This document shows, in pieces, positions 1-10,782 of a stretch of DNA of 64,000 bases. The first letter of the stretch is position 1, and each line of letters begins with the position of its first letter. Source of the stretch: Azolla caroliniana (Eukaryota > Plantae > Polypodiophyta); NCBI GenBank assembly GCA_043228905.1, contig JBHGNT010000001.1:1798001-1862000 (forward strand), in the 5' to 3' direction. The notes below the pieces were generated by a model. That model saw only the letters and a program-made list of their open reading frames with translations, searched no databases and was not told the origin of the DNA. The translations under genes and the position numbers were made by a program.

Positions 1-48
1 ACACCTCCTCTTCTAATTCGTCTTGAAGAAAGGCGTTCTTGACATCCA
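1..48 (-). mobile_element. Continuation of the older Copia RT, split by the young Copia insertion
   Basis: Minus strand reads MDVKNAFLQDELEEEV. This joins ...HLHQMD at 5500-5520 across the duplicated ATCCA. Confidence 0.9.
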
Positions 49-334
49 TGTTGGGAAACCAGGTCGTCTATGCGGAAGATCAAGAAGCATTCGATTGCTG
101 TTGAGTACCTGCGTATGACAGTTTGTAGGTCGTTGCACAGAGAGAGAGAGAGAGACAGAGAGGCACAAAGACTTTCTCATTCCATAAAGCAATAATACAA
201 CACCCAACCTTACAAAAAGGTTACAAGGTCACTATATATAGTGACCGACTTAGGGCAACTACCCTTTATGCTAATTACATAAATGGCCAAAACGGGATAG
301 TGTGAATACGTCCATTATACACATGTATTCGACA
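49..334 (-). repeat. Copia-1 3' LTR
   Basis: Direct repeat of 5214-5499, adjacent to the PPT (GGGGGAG on minus). Confidence 0.97.
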
Positions 335-527
335 CTCCCCCGTAATGGGCGTATACATGGGTTATCTAAGATTACAGGTATAGACTTAGGTTCTCGGACA
401 TATCAGCTTTGTTCGAGTCGGCAGGGTCCGAAGGCAGAAGACCGAACTGGTCGGGTCTGTACAGTTGAAGCCGATCATTAAGGAACTGATGTCGGTTGTC
501 GGGAACCATCCTGCTCTGTGTCCGGCT

Positions 528-3500
528 CTAACCGGACTGGTTTGTCGTTACGCCCATCTGATGCCGAAGAGACCGAAAGCGGTCTGCCGAAAGACACTTG
601 GTCATTCCATCTGCGACATTGTCGGTTGTGGATATTTTCTCTAGACCGATTTTCCCTGAAATGACGCAGTCCCGAACGAAGTGATATCGAACGTCGATAT
701 GTTTGGAGGTGTTGTGGTGAACCGGATTTTTCGACAAGGCAACAGCACCTTGACTGTCGCTGTAGACAACTGGGGCTGAGTCATGGTCGACTTGTCGAAA
801 CGTGTGCGCCAGCCGACCGAGCCACAAAGCTTCTTTTGCTGCGTCGGACGCAGCTACATATTCTGCTTCGGTCGTTGAGGTCGCTGTGCACTCCTGAAGT
901 TTCGACTTCCACGAGATTGCTCCATTGCCGAATTTGAAGCAGTATCCGGTTGTTGATTTCCGACTGTCTATACAGCCGGCGAAGTCCGAGTCGGTGTAAC
1001 CGACTACGCCTGAGGTTCGGTTCGGACCGAAAAGAATGCCGTGGTCTTTTGTGCCAGCCAGATATCTGAACACATGCTTGACTGCGTTCCAATGCGATCG
1101 GCCGGGATTGTGCATAAATCTGCTAACGACTCCTACGGCGTGAGAAATATCAGGCCGTGTCGCGACCATCAGGTACATAAGGGAGCCGACTGCCGGTGCA
1201 TACGGTACCGACTTCATATCTTCCCCCTCCGGACCGGATGTCGGGCAGTCTCGCTGAGAGAGCCGAAGATTCATGGGGAGCGGGGTTGAAGCAGATTTGG
1301 CTGATTGCATGTTGAAGCGTTCTAAGACACGTCGGATATAGTCGGTCTGAGACAAAAAAAGATGTCGTTTATCGCGATGCCGACTAATCTTCATGCCAAG
1401 GATGTGTCGTGCCGGACCGAGGTCCTTCATGGCAAACTTCAACCGCAGTTGCCGAATGAGATCGGCAAGTTCGCCCGCGTGGCGTCCAGAAATTAGCATG
1501 TCGTCCACGTAAATGATGAGGAAGATGGGTGATCCATCTTGAGCTGTGTTGGTGAAAAGACAATGGTCCTCATCGCTTTTTGAGAAGCCGATCGATTGGA
1601 TGAAGTCGTCGAACTTCTTGTACCATTGTCGCGGTGCCTGTTTGAGGCCGTATAGACTCTTCCTGAGTCGGCAGACTAGATGTTCTTGGCCAGTCGCCAC
1701 GAAGCCTTTTGGCTGCTCCATATAAATTTCCTCGTCAAGATCACCATGGAGGAAGGCTGTTTTGACATCTAGCTGAATCAGCTCCAAGTTGTCGGCTGCC
1801 ACTACGCCGAGTAGGAAACGAAGGGTTGTCATTTTCACCACTGGTGAAAAAATCTCGTCGAAGTCGACGCCATATTCTTGTCGGAAGCCCTTCGCAACTA
1901 ATCTGGCCTTGTACTTTGGGTTGGTCGAATCAGACGTCTCTTTTAGTCGATAAACCCACTTGCAAGGAAGAGCACGTCGGTTCCTAGGTAATTCAACCAG
2001 ATCCCAAGTCTTGTTTGCCCGAATGGAGTGCATTTCCGACTCCATCGCCAGATGCCAGGTGGATGAATCGACAGATGTCGATGCTTCTTCGTAAGACGTC
2101 GGTTCGCCGGCGTCGGTGAAGAAAATTCCAGGAGAATACCTCTCCGGAGGTTGCGACAGTCTCTCGGATCGGCGAGGTAAGATTGGACTGGTCGCATCGG
2201 GTATCAAGGTCGGATGGTCCGAAAGCGGATTGTTCTGCTGTGCCGAGTCGGGGTTGTCCGAGTCGGTAGTGTAAGGTTCAGCTACCCGTGAAGCTGACCG
2301 TGTGTTGAGAGCGGGGCCTTCTTGAAGGGTCGGCACATCGGAAAATGTTACCCTTCGGACTTCGATCGGTTTTTCGACTGATGGATTCATAGCCGACTCG
2401 TTGAACACAACGTCCGAACTTCGAACGATTTGTCTGCGTTCGGGGTCCCAAAGTCGGTATCCCATTTCGCCGTCGGATCCATATCCAAGGAAAATGCATT
2501 TCCTGGACCGAGGTGCAAGTTTTCGGCGATCATCTTTCGGAATAAGGGCGTACGCCTCGCATCCGAAGATCCTCAGCTTGTCGTAATTCGGCTTACTGCC
2601 GATCCATAGTTCCTGAGGAATTTGAAGTCCTAGAGGTCTACTTGGCGACATATTGATTATGTGTACTGCCGTGAGTAGAGCCTCTGCCCAGAAGCCATCC
2701 GACAGTCCGGAGTGTTGGAGCATGGAAACTGTCCGTTCTTGGATTGTCCGATTCATGCGTTCGGCAATCCCGTTTTGCTCCGGACTGTGTGGTGCCGTAA
2801 ATTCACGTCGGATGCCGCGTTGTCGGCAGAATTTGACGAATTCTTCGGATTTAAACTCTCCCCCATTGTCTGTCCGAAAGCATTTCAGCTTTCGGTCGGT
2901 TTGATTTTCTACCATAACGAGCCAATCGGTGAAGATCGAGAAGACCCGATCTTTGGTGCGAATTGGATAAGCCCACACCTTTCGAGTCGAGTCGTCAATA
3001 AAAGTGACGAAGTAAGAGGCACCGCCGAGAGACTGATGCGGCATTGGGCCACAGACGTCCGAGTGGACCAAATCGAGAGGTCTCGTTTCTCTTGGTGCTG
3101 ATGTCGGGTGTGATGCGGCTGCTTGTTTGCCATACTGGCAATGCTCGCAAAATTGATGGTCGGAGAAGGAGAGTTTGGGGATGTATCCGGCTCTAGATAG
3201 GTGCGTGATGCCGGCCTTGCTGAGGTGTCCTAATCTTCGGTGCCATAGTGATGACACAGGAATATCCACCAAAAACAGGTTACCCTCTCTGAGCGTAACA
3301 TGTAACGGATACAGGGAGTGTATCTTGGGTCCTCTAGCAAGCAGGAGGTTCCCCCTGTGGAGTGTCCACCCTCCCGAAGAAAAACCGGCACGAATGCCGT
3401 CTTCATCTAGTTGTCCGACTGAGATCAATGGCCTTGAGAGCTCGGGTACATGTCGGACATTGTGGAGTACAAGTGTAGAGCCACCTGCAAGGTTGAGCTC

Positions 3501-4541
3501 TACTGTGCCGATTCCGATGATGTCACAGTGTTGTGAGTTGCCGACTCGAACTGAGTCGGAGTGACGGATCGTATATTGCCGGAATTGGGATCGATGAGGA
3601 GTCACGTGAAATGACGCGCCCGAGTCTAAGAGCCATGTGCTCGATTCTTCAGTCGTGAGTAGAACTTCTGATCCGACTGGATTTTCGATTGATAGTATAT
3701 TCGGGTCGTCCGGTAGTACATCAGCTGAGAAGCTGACGTAATTGATCTCCTCATGCCGGCCACTCTTCTTGTTGTTCTTGTTCTTGAGTGCGCGGCAGTC
3801 TGCTTTGATGTGTCCGGGTTTCTTGCAATAGTTGCAGATTCGGTTATCCCATGACTGGCTCCGTCTTCGCTGATTGTTCGGCGGTCGTGAGGAATCTCTT
3901 CCTCGTATGTTCGATCGGTCTGTCGAACCTTGTACTACGTAAGCGTCGTCTGTTGAGTCTTTGGCGAAAGACTTTCTCCGAGCTGCTTCGGTCAGGATTG
4001 CGCTCGTGACTTCGGAGTATTTAACAGCCGTGGTTGACGCGTTGCACACGGTTGTGACGAAAGTTTCCCATGATGAGGGAAGGCTGCTCATGAGTATCAT
4101 TGCTCTGAGTTCATCCTCGATTGCCGTCCCCTGTGACGAGATTTGGGAGCTTATGCTTTCGTACTCATTGAGGTGTGCTTGAACCGAATCGGATTCTTTC
4201 ATCCGCAAGTTGTAGAGGCGCCGGATCAGAAACATCTTCGTTGCGGCGACCTTCTTTTCGTAAGTGTCCGACAGTGTTTTCCACAGTTCGAATGCTGTCG
4301 TACACGATTGCACCGTAAAGTATACCGATTCCGATAGGTGCATCCGAATCGTGGCGCGGACAATTCTGTCCAGCTTCTGCCACTCAATTGGTTTGTATCC
4401 TTCTGGAGGTTCTTCATTTTCGATGGGATCGATTTGCCCCTTGACTATGAGATAGTCCTGCATTTGTTCCTTCCAGAAGTTGAAGTTCGATCCATCGAAC
4501 TTACGTAGACTCATTTCTGATGAGCCGGATGTTGATGCCAT
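528..4541 (-). CDS. Copia Gag-Pol polyprotein (Gag, CCHC knuckle, protease, integrase, RT, RNase H)
   Basis: Motifs CNYCKKPGHIKADC, WLLDSGAS, LVHSDVCGP, QLDVKTAFL, IYVDDML and YTDSDFAG, in Copia domain order. Confidence 0.97.
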   Translation of the reverse strand: MASTSGSSEMSLRKFDGSNFNFWKEQMQDYLIVKGQIDPIENEEPPEGYKPIEWQKLDRIVRATIRMHLSESVYFTVQSCTTAFELWKTLSDTYEKKVAATKMFLIRRLYNLRMKESDSVQAHLNEYESISSQISSQGTAIEDELRAMILMSSLPSSWETFVTTVCNASTTAVKYSEVTSAILTEAARRKSFAKDSTDDAYVVQGSTDRSNIRGRDSSRPPNNQRRRSQSWDNRICNYCKKPGHIKADCRALKNKNNKKSGRHEEINYVSFSADVLPDDPNILSIENPVGSEVLLTTEESSTWLLDSGASFHVTPHRSQFRQYTIRHSDSVRVGNSQHCDIIGIGTVELNLAGGSTLVLHNVRHVPELSRPLISVGQLDEDGIRAGFSSGGWTLHRGNLLLARGPKIHSLYPLHVTLREGNLFLVDIPVSSLWHRRLGHLSKAGITHLSRAGYIPKLSFSDHQFCEHCQYGKQAAASHPTSAPRETRPLDLVHSDVCGPMPHQSLGGASYFVTFIDDSTRKVWAYPIRTKDRVFSIFTDWLVMVENQTDRKLKCFRTDNGGEFKSEEFVKFCRQRGIRREFTAPHSPEQNGIAERMNRTIQERTVSMLQHSGLSDGFWAEALLTAVHIINMSPSRPLGLQIPQELWIGSKPNYDKLRIFGCEAYALIPKDDRRKLAPRSRKCIFLGYGSDGEMGYRLWDPERRQIVRSSDVVFNESAMNPSVEKPIEVRRVTFSDVPTLQEGPALNTRSASRVAEPYTTDSDNPDSAQQNNPLSDHPTLIPDATSPILPRRSERLSQPPERYSPGIFFTDAGEPTSYEEASTSVDSSTWHLAMESEMHSIRANKTWDLVELPRNRRALPCKWVYRLKETSDSTNPKYKARLVAKGFRQEYGVDFDEIFSPVVKMTTLRFLLGVVAADNLELIQLDVKTAFLHGDLDEEIYMEQPKGFVATGQEHLVCRLRKSLYGLKQAPRQWYKKFDDFIQSIGFSKSDEDHCLFTNTAQDGSPIFLIIYVDDMLISGRHAGELADLIRQLRLKFAMKDLGPARHILGMKISRHRDKRHLFLSQTDYIRRVLERFNMQSAKSASTPLPMNLRLSQRDCPTSGPEGEDMKSVPYAPAVGSLMYLMVATRPDISHAVGVVSRFMHNPGRSHWNAVKHVFRYLAGTKDHGILFGPNRTSGVVGYTDSDFAGCIDSRKSTTGYCFKFGNGAISWKSKLQECTATSTTEAEYVAASDAAKEALWLGRLAHTFRQVDHDSAPVVYSDSQGAVALSKNPVHHNTSKHIDVRYHFVRDCVISGKIGLEKISTTDNVADGMTKCLSADRFRSLRHQMGVTTNQSG

Positions 4542-5199
4542 CAAGTTCGGTTTTGGTTGACGAAGCTCGGTTCGGAGTTGACTACGGACCTTGTTGGAGT
4601 GCAGCCAGTTGGCTCACCCGATATCGTTCTAGTCGGATTTGAACCCGAGTCGGTTCGGCTTCGGAACTTGCTCGAATTGACTCCGGTAACTTGAGGGACA
4701 GAACCGACTGGTCTTCCCGAATGTTGCCGAGTCGGAGTGAGCCCGGTTCGCTTCGGATATATATGCCGAATACCGATTATTGAAACCGATTATCTGGACC
4801 GATTCTGCTTCGGGTGGCTGCAGCGACGAGAGAGACAGATCCAACTGATCCTCCCGAATGTCGATCAGCCGGATGAAGCGCGAATTGGGGTTGTTGTCTT
4901 GAGACCGATCTGCACCGAGTGGTTACAATGAGCGGCGAGCAGCATTTGATGACCTCTTCGGATGCCGTTTAACCGAATGGAGCATGATCGTGTCAAAGTT
5001 GCACAAGGGGATTTCACCTCGAGCGGTTACGATCACAAGGAACGGAGTACAACCTGCTGGCTTACTCCAAACAAAGATGATCTAACGCGATGAGATGCAG
5101 GCCTCGTTTTTCTTCTTCTTCTCTCTTCTTCGAATGACGCAGGAAACCGAATGCTGAGACGACGGCCGACAGCGGATTGAAGGACCGACTACTGTGCAG

Positions 5200-5211
5200 G
5201 CTCTGATACCA
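5200..5211 (-). promoter_or_regulatory. Primer-binding site, tRNA-iMet
   Basis: TGGTATCAGAGC on minus, 2 nt inside the 5' LTR. Confidence 0.95.
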
Positions 5212-5213
5212 GA

Positions 5214-5499
5214 TGTTGGGAAACCAGGTCGTCTATGCGGAAGATCAAGAAGCATTCGATTGCTGTTGAGTACCTGCGTATGACAGTTTGTAGGTCGTTG
5301 CACAGAGAGAGAGAGAGAGACAGAGAGGCACAAAGACTTTCTCATTCCATAAAGCAATAATACAACACCCAACCTTACAAAAAGGTTACAAGGTCACTAT
5401 ATATAGTGACCGACTTAGGGCAACTACCCTTTATGCTAATTACATAAATGGCCAAAACGGGATAGTGTGAATACGTCCATTATACACATGTATTCGACA
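5214..5499 (-). repeat. Copia-1 5' LTR
   Basis: Direct repeat of 49-334. Confidence 0.97.
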
Positions 5500-5504
5500 A
5501 TCCA

Positions 5505-8500
5505 TCTGGTGGAGATGGCACCCTTTCGGTGCAGCAAGCGCTATCACGGTCCGCACGGATGTCATCTTTGCCACCGGGGCAAAGGTCTCTTCATAGTCAA
5601 CTCCCTTTGTTTGTGCGTAGCCCTTTGCTACGAGTCGAGCTTTGTAGCAGTTGACATTATACTTCACTTTGTATATCCATCTACAACCGATTGCCTTCTT
5701 GTGCGGTGAGTGAGGGACGAGATCCCATGTCTCGTTCTTGCTGAGAGCTTGCATCTCCTCGTTCATCGCTTTGACCCATCACAGATCTTTAGCGGCTTCG
5801 GCAAAGCTCTCTGGTTCTCGAACTACCGCCACCTTCATCATAAAGGCATAGTAATATGCCATATAGTTGTTGTAGCCGAATCGGCTAACTAGAATCTTCT
5901 CTTGGGTGGAGTGATGGAGCTTCTCATTTGCTGATGTGAGTGCTTTCTTAACTCCGGGCAACCTCATAAGAGGCACATCCAAGCTATCGAACTCACTATC
6001 GAGTGAGTGAGTCGATTCGTTGCCATCCAAGTGATCATCCATCTTTGGACTTGATCGAGATATGCTTTGGTTGCTCGGAGGTTCTTGTGATCCGCTCAAT
6101 CTGGTTGAGATTGGACTCTCTTCAAGTATTGACCTTAGTTGATCATCGTCTTTTGTGTTGTCGAGGTTGTTCATAGCTGGTTCGGGAGGAGTCGGCTTGG
6201 GTTTGTACCATAATGTCGATTCGTCAAAGACCACATCCCAAGTAGAGGGGTTGAAGCACTTGTACCCCTTTTGCTCCAATGAGTACCCCACGAGGATGCA
6301 CTTCTCTGATTTTGGGTCAAGCTTCTCCCGCTTCTCATCGAGAATGTGCATGTATGCAATGGAGCCGAATATCCTTACATGGAATAGATCCGGCTTCTTC
6401 CCATAGTATTTCTCGTGCGGGGTGACCTCATGCACTCCAGATGTTGTGCACCGGTTCATGAGGTAGACGACGGTATTTGCAGCTTCTGCCCAATATGACT
6501 TGGGCATATGCTTCTCATTTAGCATGGCCCTTGCTACTTTGAGGATGTGCCGATTCTTGCGTTCGGCTACACCGTTCTATTGCGGTGTGTGTCGGCAAGT
6601 GAATTCTCGCTGAATTCCTTCTTGTCGAAGGTATGCCATGAACACATCAGAGAAGTATTCCTTTCCTTCTTGTACATGGTGGCTAGTTGTCTTCTCGACT
6701 TCGGTTTTGAATTTTTGGAAGTGTGTAAACACTTCGCCCTTCATCCTCATGGGAAAGATCCATGTGTATCTAGAGAAGTCATCGATGAAGGTAACATAGT
6801 ACCCACATCCTTCGACTGTGGCCGTCTATGCCGGTCCCCACACATCCGAGTGGACTACGTCCAATAGGCCTTTGCTCACGTTCCTCTCCGTCGGGAACGG
6901 GTGTCGATGTTGCTTGCCGAATTGGCATGCTTCACATACTTCTTCAATCTCTTTCTCTTTGAAGGTTGGGAACCCGATGACGACTCCTTTCGATTGCATC
7001 GCCTTGAGTTTGTTGAGATTGATATGGCCAATTCTATTATGTCATAGCTCTATGTCGGTGTCGGGTTTGAGGCCCTTTGCAAACTTGCATCCCTTGCTCC
7101 ACAATTAAATTGGCCGACCGAGATCAAATTCTTCGTTATGGTGGGTACATGTAAGACATTTTTTATGCAAGTTTGTTCGTTGTCTTTCCCGAATGGGACA
7201 GTGCCAAGATGCCAAATCAGATGAGTGGTGTCGTCTCCGGTCTCGACATAACCGGGTTGGTCCGGCTCTCGAAGGTCTTTGAACCATTCTTGATGGGACG
7301 TCATATGGTTCGAAGCACCGGAGTCGACAAACCATACATCTTCTAGATTGGAGGCATTAGTCGAAGTAGAGGCCGACATAGAATTTTCTCTGTCTCATTA
7401 CGAACATTCCGCCATGATCTTCATAGTCGGTGTTGGTGGCGTAATTTGTGAGTTGTCGGCTAGTGGAAGCAAACTCGCGCTTCTTCTTTCGACACTCTTC
7501 TTCATGGTGGCCGATTTTTCCGCAATAACCTCATCCAATCGAGGTTTGTCAGCCCAGACCGGAATGGAAGCTCCCCCTTCTTCCAAAGGTTCCTCGATGA
7601 CTTCCGTCTTGTTGCTGAAATTGGAAGTTGTTGTCGTAAGTCGAACCTCATCCGCATCGTCCTTGGCCGAATCAGCCTCTTGCTCGACCGCGTCCTCTTC
7701 CTCCGTTCGAATGCGTGTAGAGAATGTGGCCTTTTGAGGTGTTGCTCCTTGTTCGAACATGATTTTCTTCAACCAATAACATGGATTGAAGATCAAAGAA
7801 AGAGGGAGGATTCTCCCTTGCTAGTACGACGATCCTCATCGTGCCGAACCGTGGTGCAAGGCCGCCGAGGCATATTTGCACCATCTCATCATCATCCACG
7901 TTGACGCTTATCGAGTTGAATGAGTCACAAAGCTCCTTGATCTTCAAGGTGTAGCTTCTAATGGACATGTCCCGTTGTTGGATGTTGTTCAACTCTTGGC
8001 GGAGTTGAAGTTTTCGTGCCGTCGTATTGGCAGCAAATATCTTCCTCGGATTCTCCCATGCTTCCTTTGGTGCCGTGGCTTCTCGAATGTAGCCGAGCAT
8101 GTTGTCATGAACACATGTCGCCAAGCAATACATTACTCGACTCGCCGCTTGCTCCCATGTTGAGTAGTCAGCGTCCTTTGGGTCGAGTCGGTTTTCTTGT
8201 GCTCCTTTGATATAGCCCTAATAACCTTGACCGACAAGGTATTGGTGCATCTTGTACTCCCAACATGAGAAGTTGTTTCGGTCCAACTTCTCGCTAGGGA
8301 GAGCACTCCCCATTTGAGTATTCATGGTGTTCGATGTAGATGTCTTCCTTCTTCTTCTCTCTTGAATATGAGCTATGTAGCGGCACTACCATAGCGATGA
8401 GCCGGATTTCTTTGAATCATTGGCGTAGACACAACACATAGTTACTATGAGGCAAGTGGGCTAGATCAAGCTACCAAATCGCTCTGATACCATGTAAAGA

Positions 8501-8512
8501 ATTGATGGTGAT
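5505..8512 (-). mobile_element. Older degenerate Copia element (gag to RT), host of Copia-1
   Basis: Broken ORFs for Gag (start near 8324), WFVDSGAS protease, integrase and RT. iMet PBS at 8481-8492 followed by about 20 bp of LTR end. Confidence 0.92.
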
Positions 8513-8901
8513 TGTTACCCGTAAGAATATACGAGGAGGCATAAGGGTATGTGTAATGATGTGGTTGATGTGTATAATATAAATGAGTGTGTGAGGATGA
8601 ACACGTGCACATTTGTGTGCATGTGTACAAAGGTGAGAAAGTGGGTAAGTAATGTAACTCCCTACTTGTTTCATTCTTTATTTGTAACGGTTACCTCTTG
8701 TACTATATAAACCCCACCCATTTGAACGGCCCACCCTCCCTTAGAGAAGAAGCCTCTCCCTCTCCCTCTCCATCACTAATCTCTATCTCTCCCTCTCTAC
8801 GTCTACATGTATGTGTTGTGTATGTGTGTGAAGGGTGCATGATATAAGATGATTCTCTGCATTTTCTCTCATGCAGATCCCCTATGATCACCCACATCAC
8901 A
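8513..8901 (+). repeat. LTR-like repeat, copy 1 (family X)
   Basis: Starts TGTTACCCGTAAG and shares about 200 bp with 10486-10685. TATA box CTATATAAACCCC is followed by a CT-rich tract. Right boundary uncertain. Confidence 0.7.
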
Positions 8902-9171
8902 AGGAAACTATAATTTCTACTTGAAATCTTTATTTATGCTTGTAGCTCACTTCATCAAGCCCCCAGATTCTCTGTATAAACTCCAATCCTTATTAAAACC
9001 CACCGCAACAAACCCTAATCTTTGCTAAAACCCACAATAGGAAACAATACATTTCATCACCCATTTCCTATGAGAGCCCCTCTATGACAACCCTAAAATT
9101 GTCTCCTAAAAGTCTGTTTGTGCGATGCAAATAGAGGTGGCCACCCAGGCAACGTTGTAGATGAGAAGAGC

Positions 9172-9508
9172 TCCGGGTATTAGGCCTCAAAAGACAACTT
9201 GCTGGTATATCTTGCTTTTCCTCAGCCACCCAAGAGTGATTTAGTGAATGTATCACGTTGGTACAACCACATCTTTGCATTACTAAAGAATCTCTACTGG
9301 GAGCCCCTGTTGATGTTAACATTACGGGAGTGCTTGCCCCTGTTTGTGATGCTGCCCCAGCTGCAGAGGCTGCCAACGAAGCTGATGATGATGATTTGGA
9401 TCTCTCTAGGAAGAAACTGAAGAGGAAAAGGAAGCTGCAGTTGAATAAAAAAGCTGCAGATCATGATGACCATTGAAGATGACATTGTTTCTGTTGAGAC
9501 TTTAATTA
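9172..9508 (+). pseudogene. Translation elongation factor 1-beta/delta (EF1B) fragment, internally deleted
   Basis: Across frameshifts reads SGY*ASKDNLLVY..PP...VNVSRWYNHI.ALL, the DDDDLDL/EETEEEK acidic linker, and C-terminal IMMTIEDDIVSVETLI. Most of the GEF domain is missing. Confidence 0.85.
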
Positions 9509-9654
9509 AATCCATGAGAGGAAGCCGACACAACAACAGCGAGAGCTTCCATGGCAGTCGTTCAAATCCCAAATCTCAGATGCGCATCAGGTCTTCAGGA
9601 GTTTCGATCAATACCTACTCAACCGAAGCTATGTCTCCTAGTCATCAAGACATA

Positions 9655-9823
9655 GGCAGGAGAAATGCGTGCACTTCCGCTTAGCCCAATACACAGACAC
9701 AAATCCACTATTTGTGGTCTACAAAGGAAGAGGCCGGTTCTCATGGATTGATGGGAACGAGCTCCAAGCGATGGACATGGAGGAAGGAGATTGCTACGCC
9801 ATAGAGAGGGACATTGTCTTCCC
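9655..9823 (+). pseudogene. Vicilin-like cupin storage-protein fragment
   Basis: LAQYTDTNPLFVVYKGRGRFSWIDGNELQAMDMEEGDCYAIERDIVF matches the two cupin motifs of 7S vicilin-like proteins. Confidence 0.7.
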
Positions 9824-10485
9824 TTACGAAAATATTGACATCCTCTACTCGGCGCACCCATTCCACCTCTCCCTCCTCAGAAGAAGAAGACAACCACTCG
9901 TAGCTGCTACAGACATCAGGGGAAAGGAAGGGGAAAAGAGGACGTAGGAAAACGAAGAAGACAAACGCAGAGAAGAAGAAAAGAGGACAAGGGAAAGAAG
10001 GGTGAAGAGAGGAAACGAAAGAAGAGAAGGGTACGCAAAGAAAATTTGTAAGAACTCAAGGGCACGCTATCGCTTTTTAGAAGCTCGAGGGTAGTAGAGA
10101 AGATTTCCAAAACCAGAGGGTACCTAATAAAATTCTAAAAACGTGAGGGTAAAAATTAAAAAATTAAAAATTAAGGGTGTACAAATCATGAAATTTCGAA
10201 AACACAACTCACATGATAAAAGAAAGAATACACAAACGTAAAACACGATTTCACGACCCATGCCACATTGAACTAGCTGATTGGTGTATGATCTAATCGT
10301 GACTTGCGTTGATCGAATGAGAAGGTTCGAGTCAAGCAAAGCTCCGATCAAAGTTATCGATCATAGAGAAGTGATCCGATCGAGGGATTTTTGCCTGTTG
10401 AGACGACCGATGGAGTTTCGGTCGAGAAGAGTTGCTATGGCGAGTGGGTTCACTGTGCAAAGCACTGTCCCACAAGCGTGACATG

Positions 10486-10780
10486 TGTTACCCGTAAGAT
10501 TATATGGGGAGGCATAAGGGTATGTGTAATGATGTGTATAATATGAATGAGTGTGTGAGGATGAACACATGCACATTTGTGTGCATGTGTACAAAGGTGA
10601 GAAAGTGGGTAAGTAATGTAACTCCCTACTTGTCTCATTCTTTATTTGTAACGGTTACCTCTTGTACTATATAAACCCCACCCATGGGGCATAATGAAAA
10701 ATAACTTTTTCCCCTCTCATTTTGGTGTCTTTTCTTATTTGTTTCTCTCTCTCTCTCTCTCTCTCATGCATAATTCCCCT
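10486..10780 (+). repeat. LTR-like repeat, copy 2 (family X), probably a truncated 3' LTR
   Basis: Homologous to 8513-8721. Preceded by the same 42-nt motif that precedes the 3' LTR of Gypsy B. Confidence 0.75.
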
Positions 10781-10782
10781 TG

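Larger units (their letters stand above)
49..5499 (-). mobile_element. Intact, very young Ty1/Copia LTR retrotransposon (Copia-1)
   Basis: 286-bp TG..CA LTRs at 49-334 and 5214-5499 with no differences seen by eye. 5-bp TSD ATCCA (44-48, 5500-5504), tRNA-iMet PBS, PPT at 335-341 and an uninterrupted polyprotein. Confidence 0.98.

Noticed and set aside
7398-7796. Acidic 132-aa ORF as a foreign insert in the old Copia
   Set aside because: It is an alternate frame of the Gag RGG/zinc-knuckle region.
10100-10200. AT-rich segment resembling a Mutator TIR (would make the gene fragments a Pack-MULE)
   Set aside because: No inverted partner or 9-bp TSD found on the other side.
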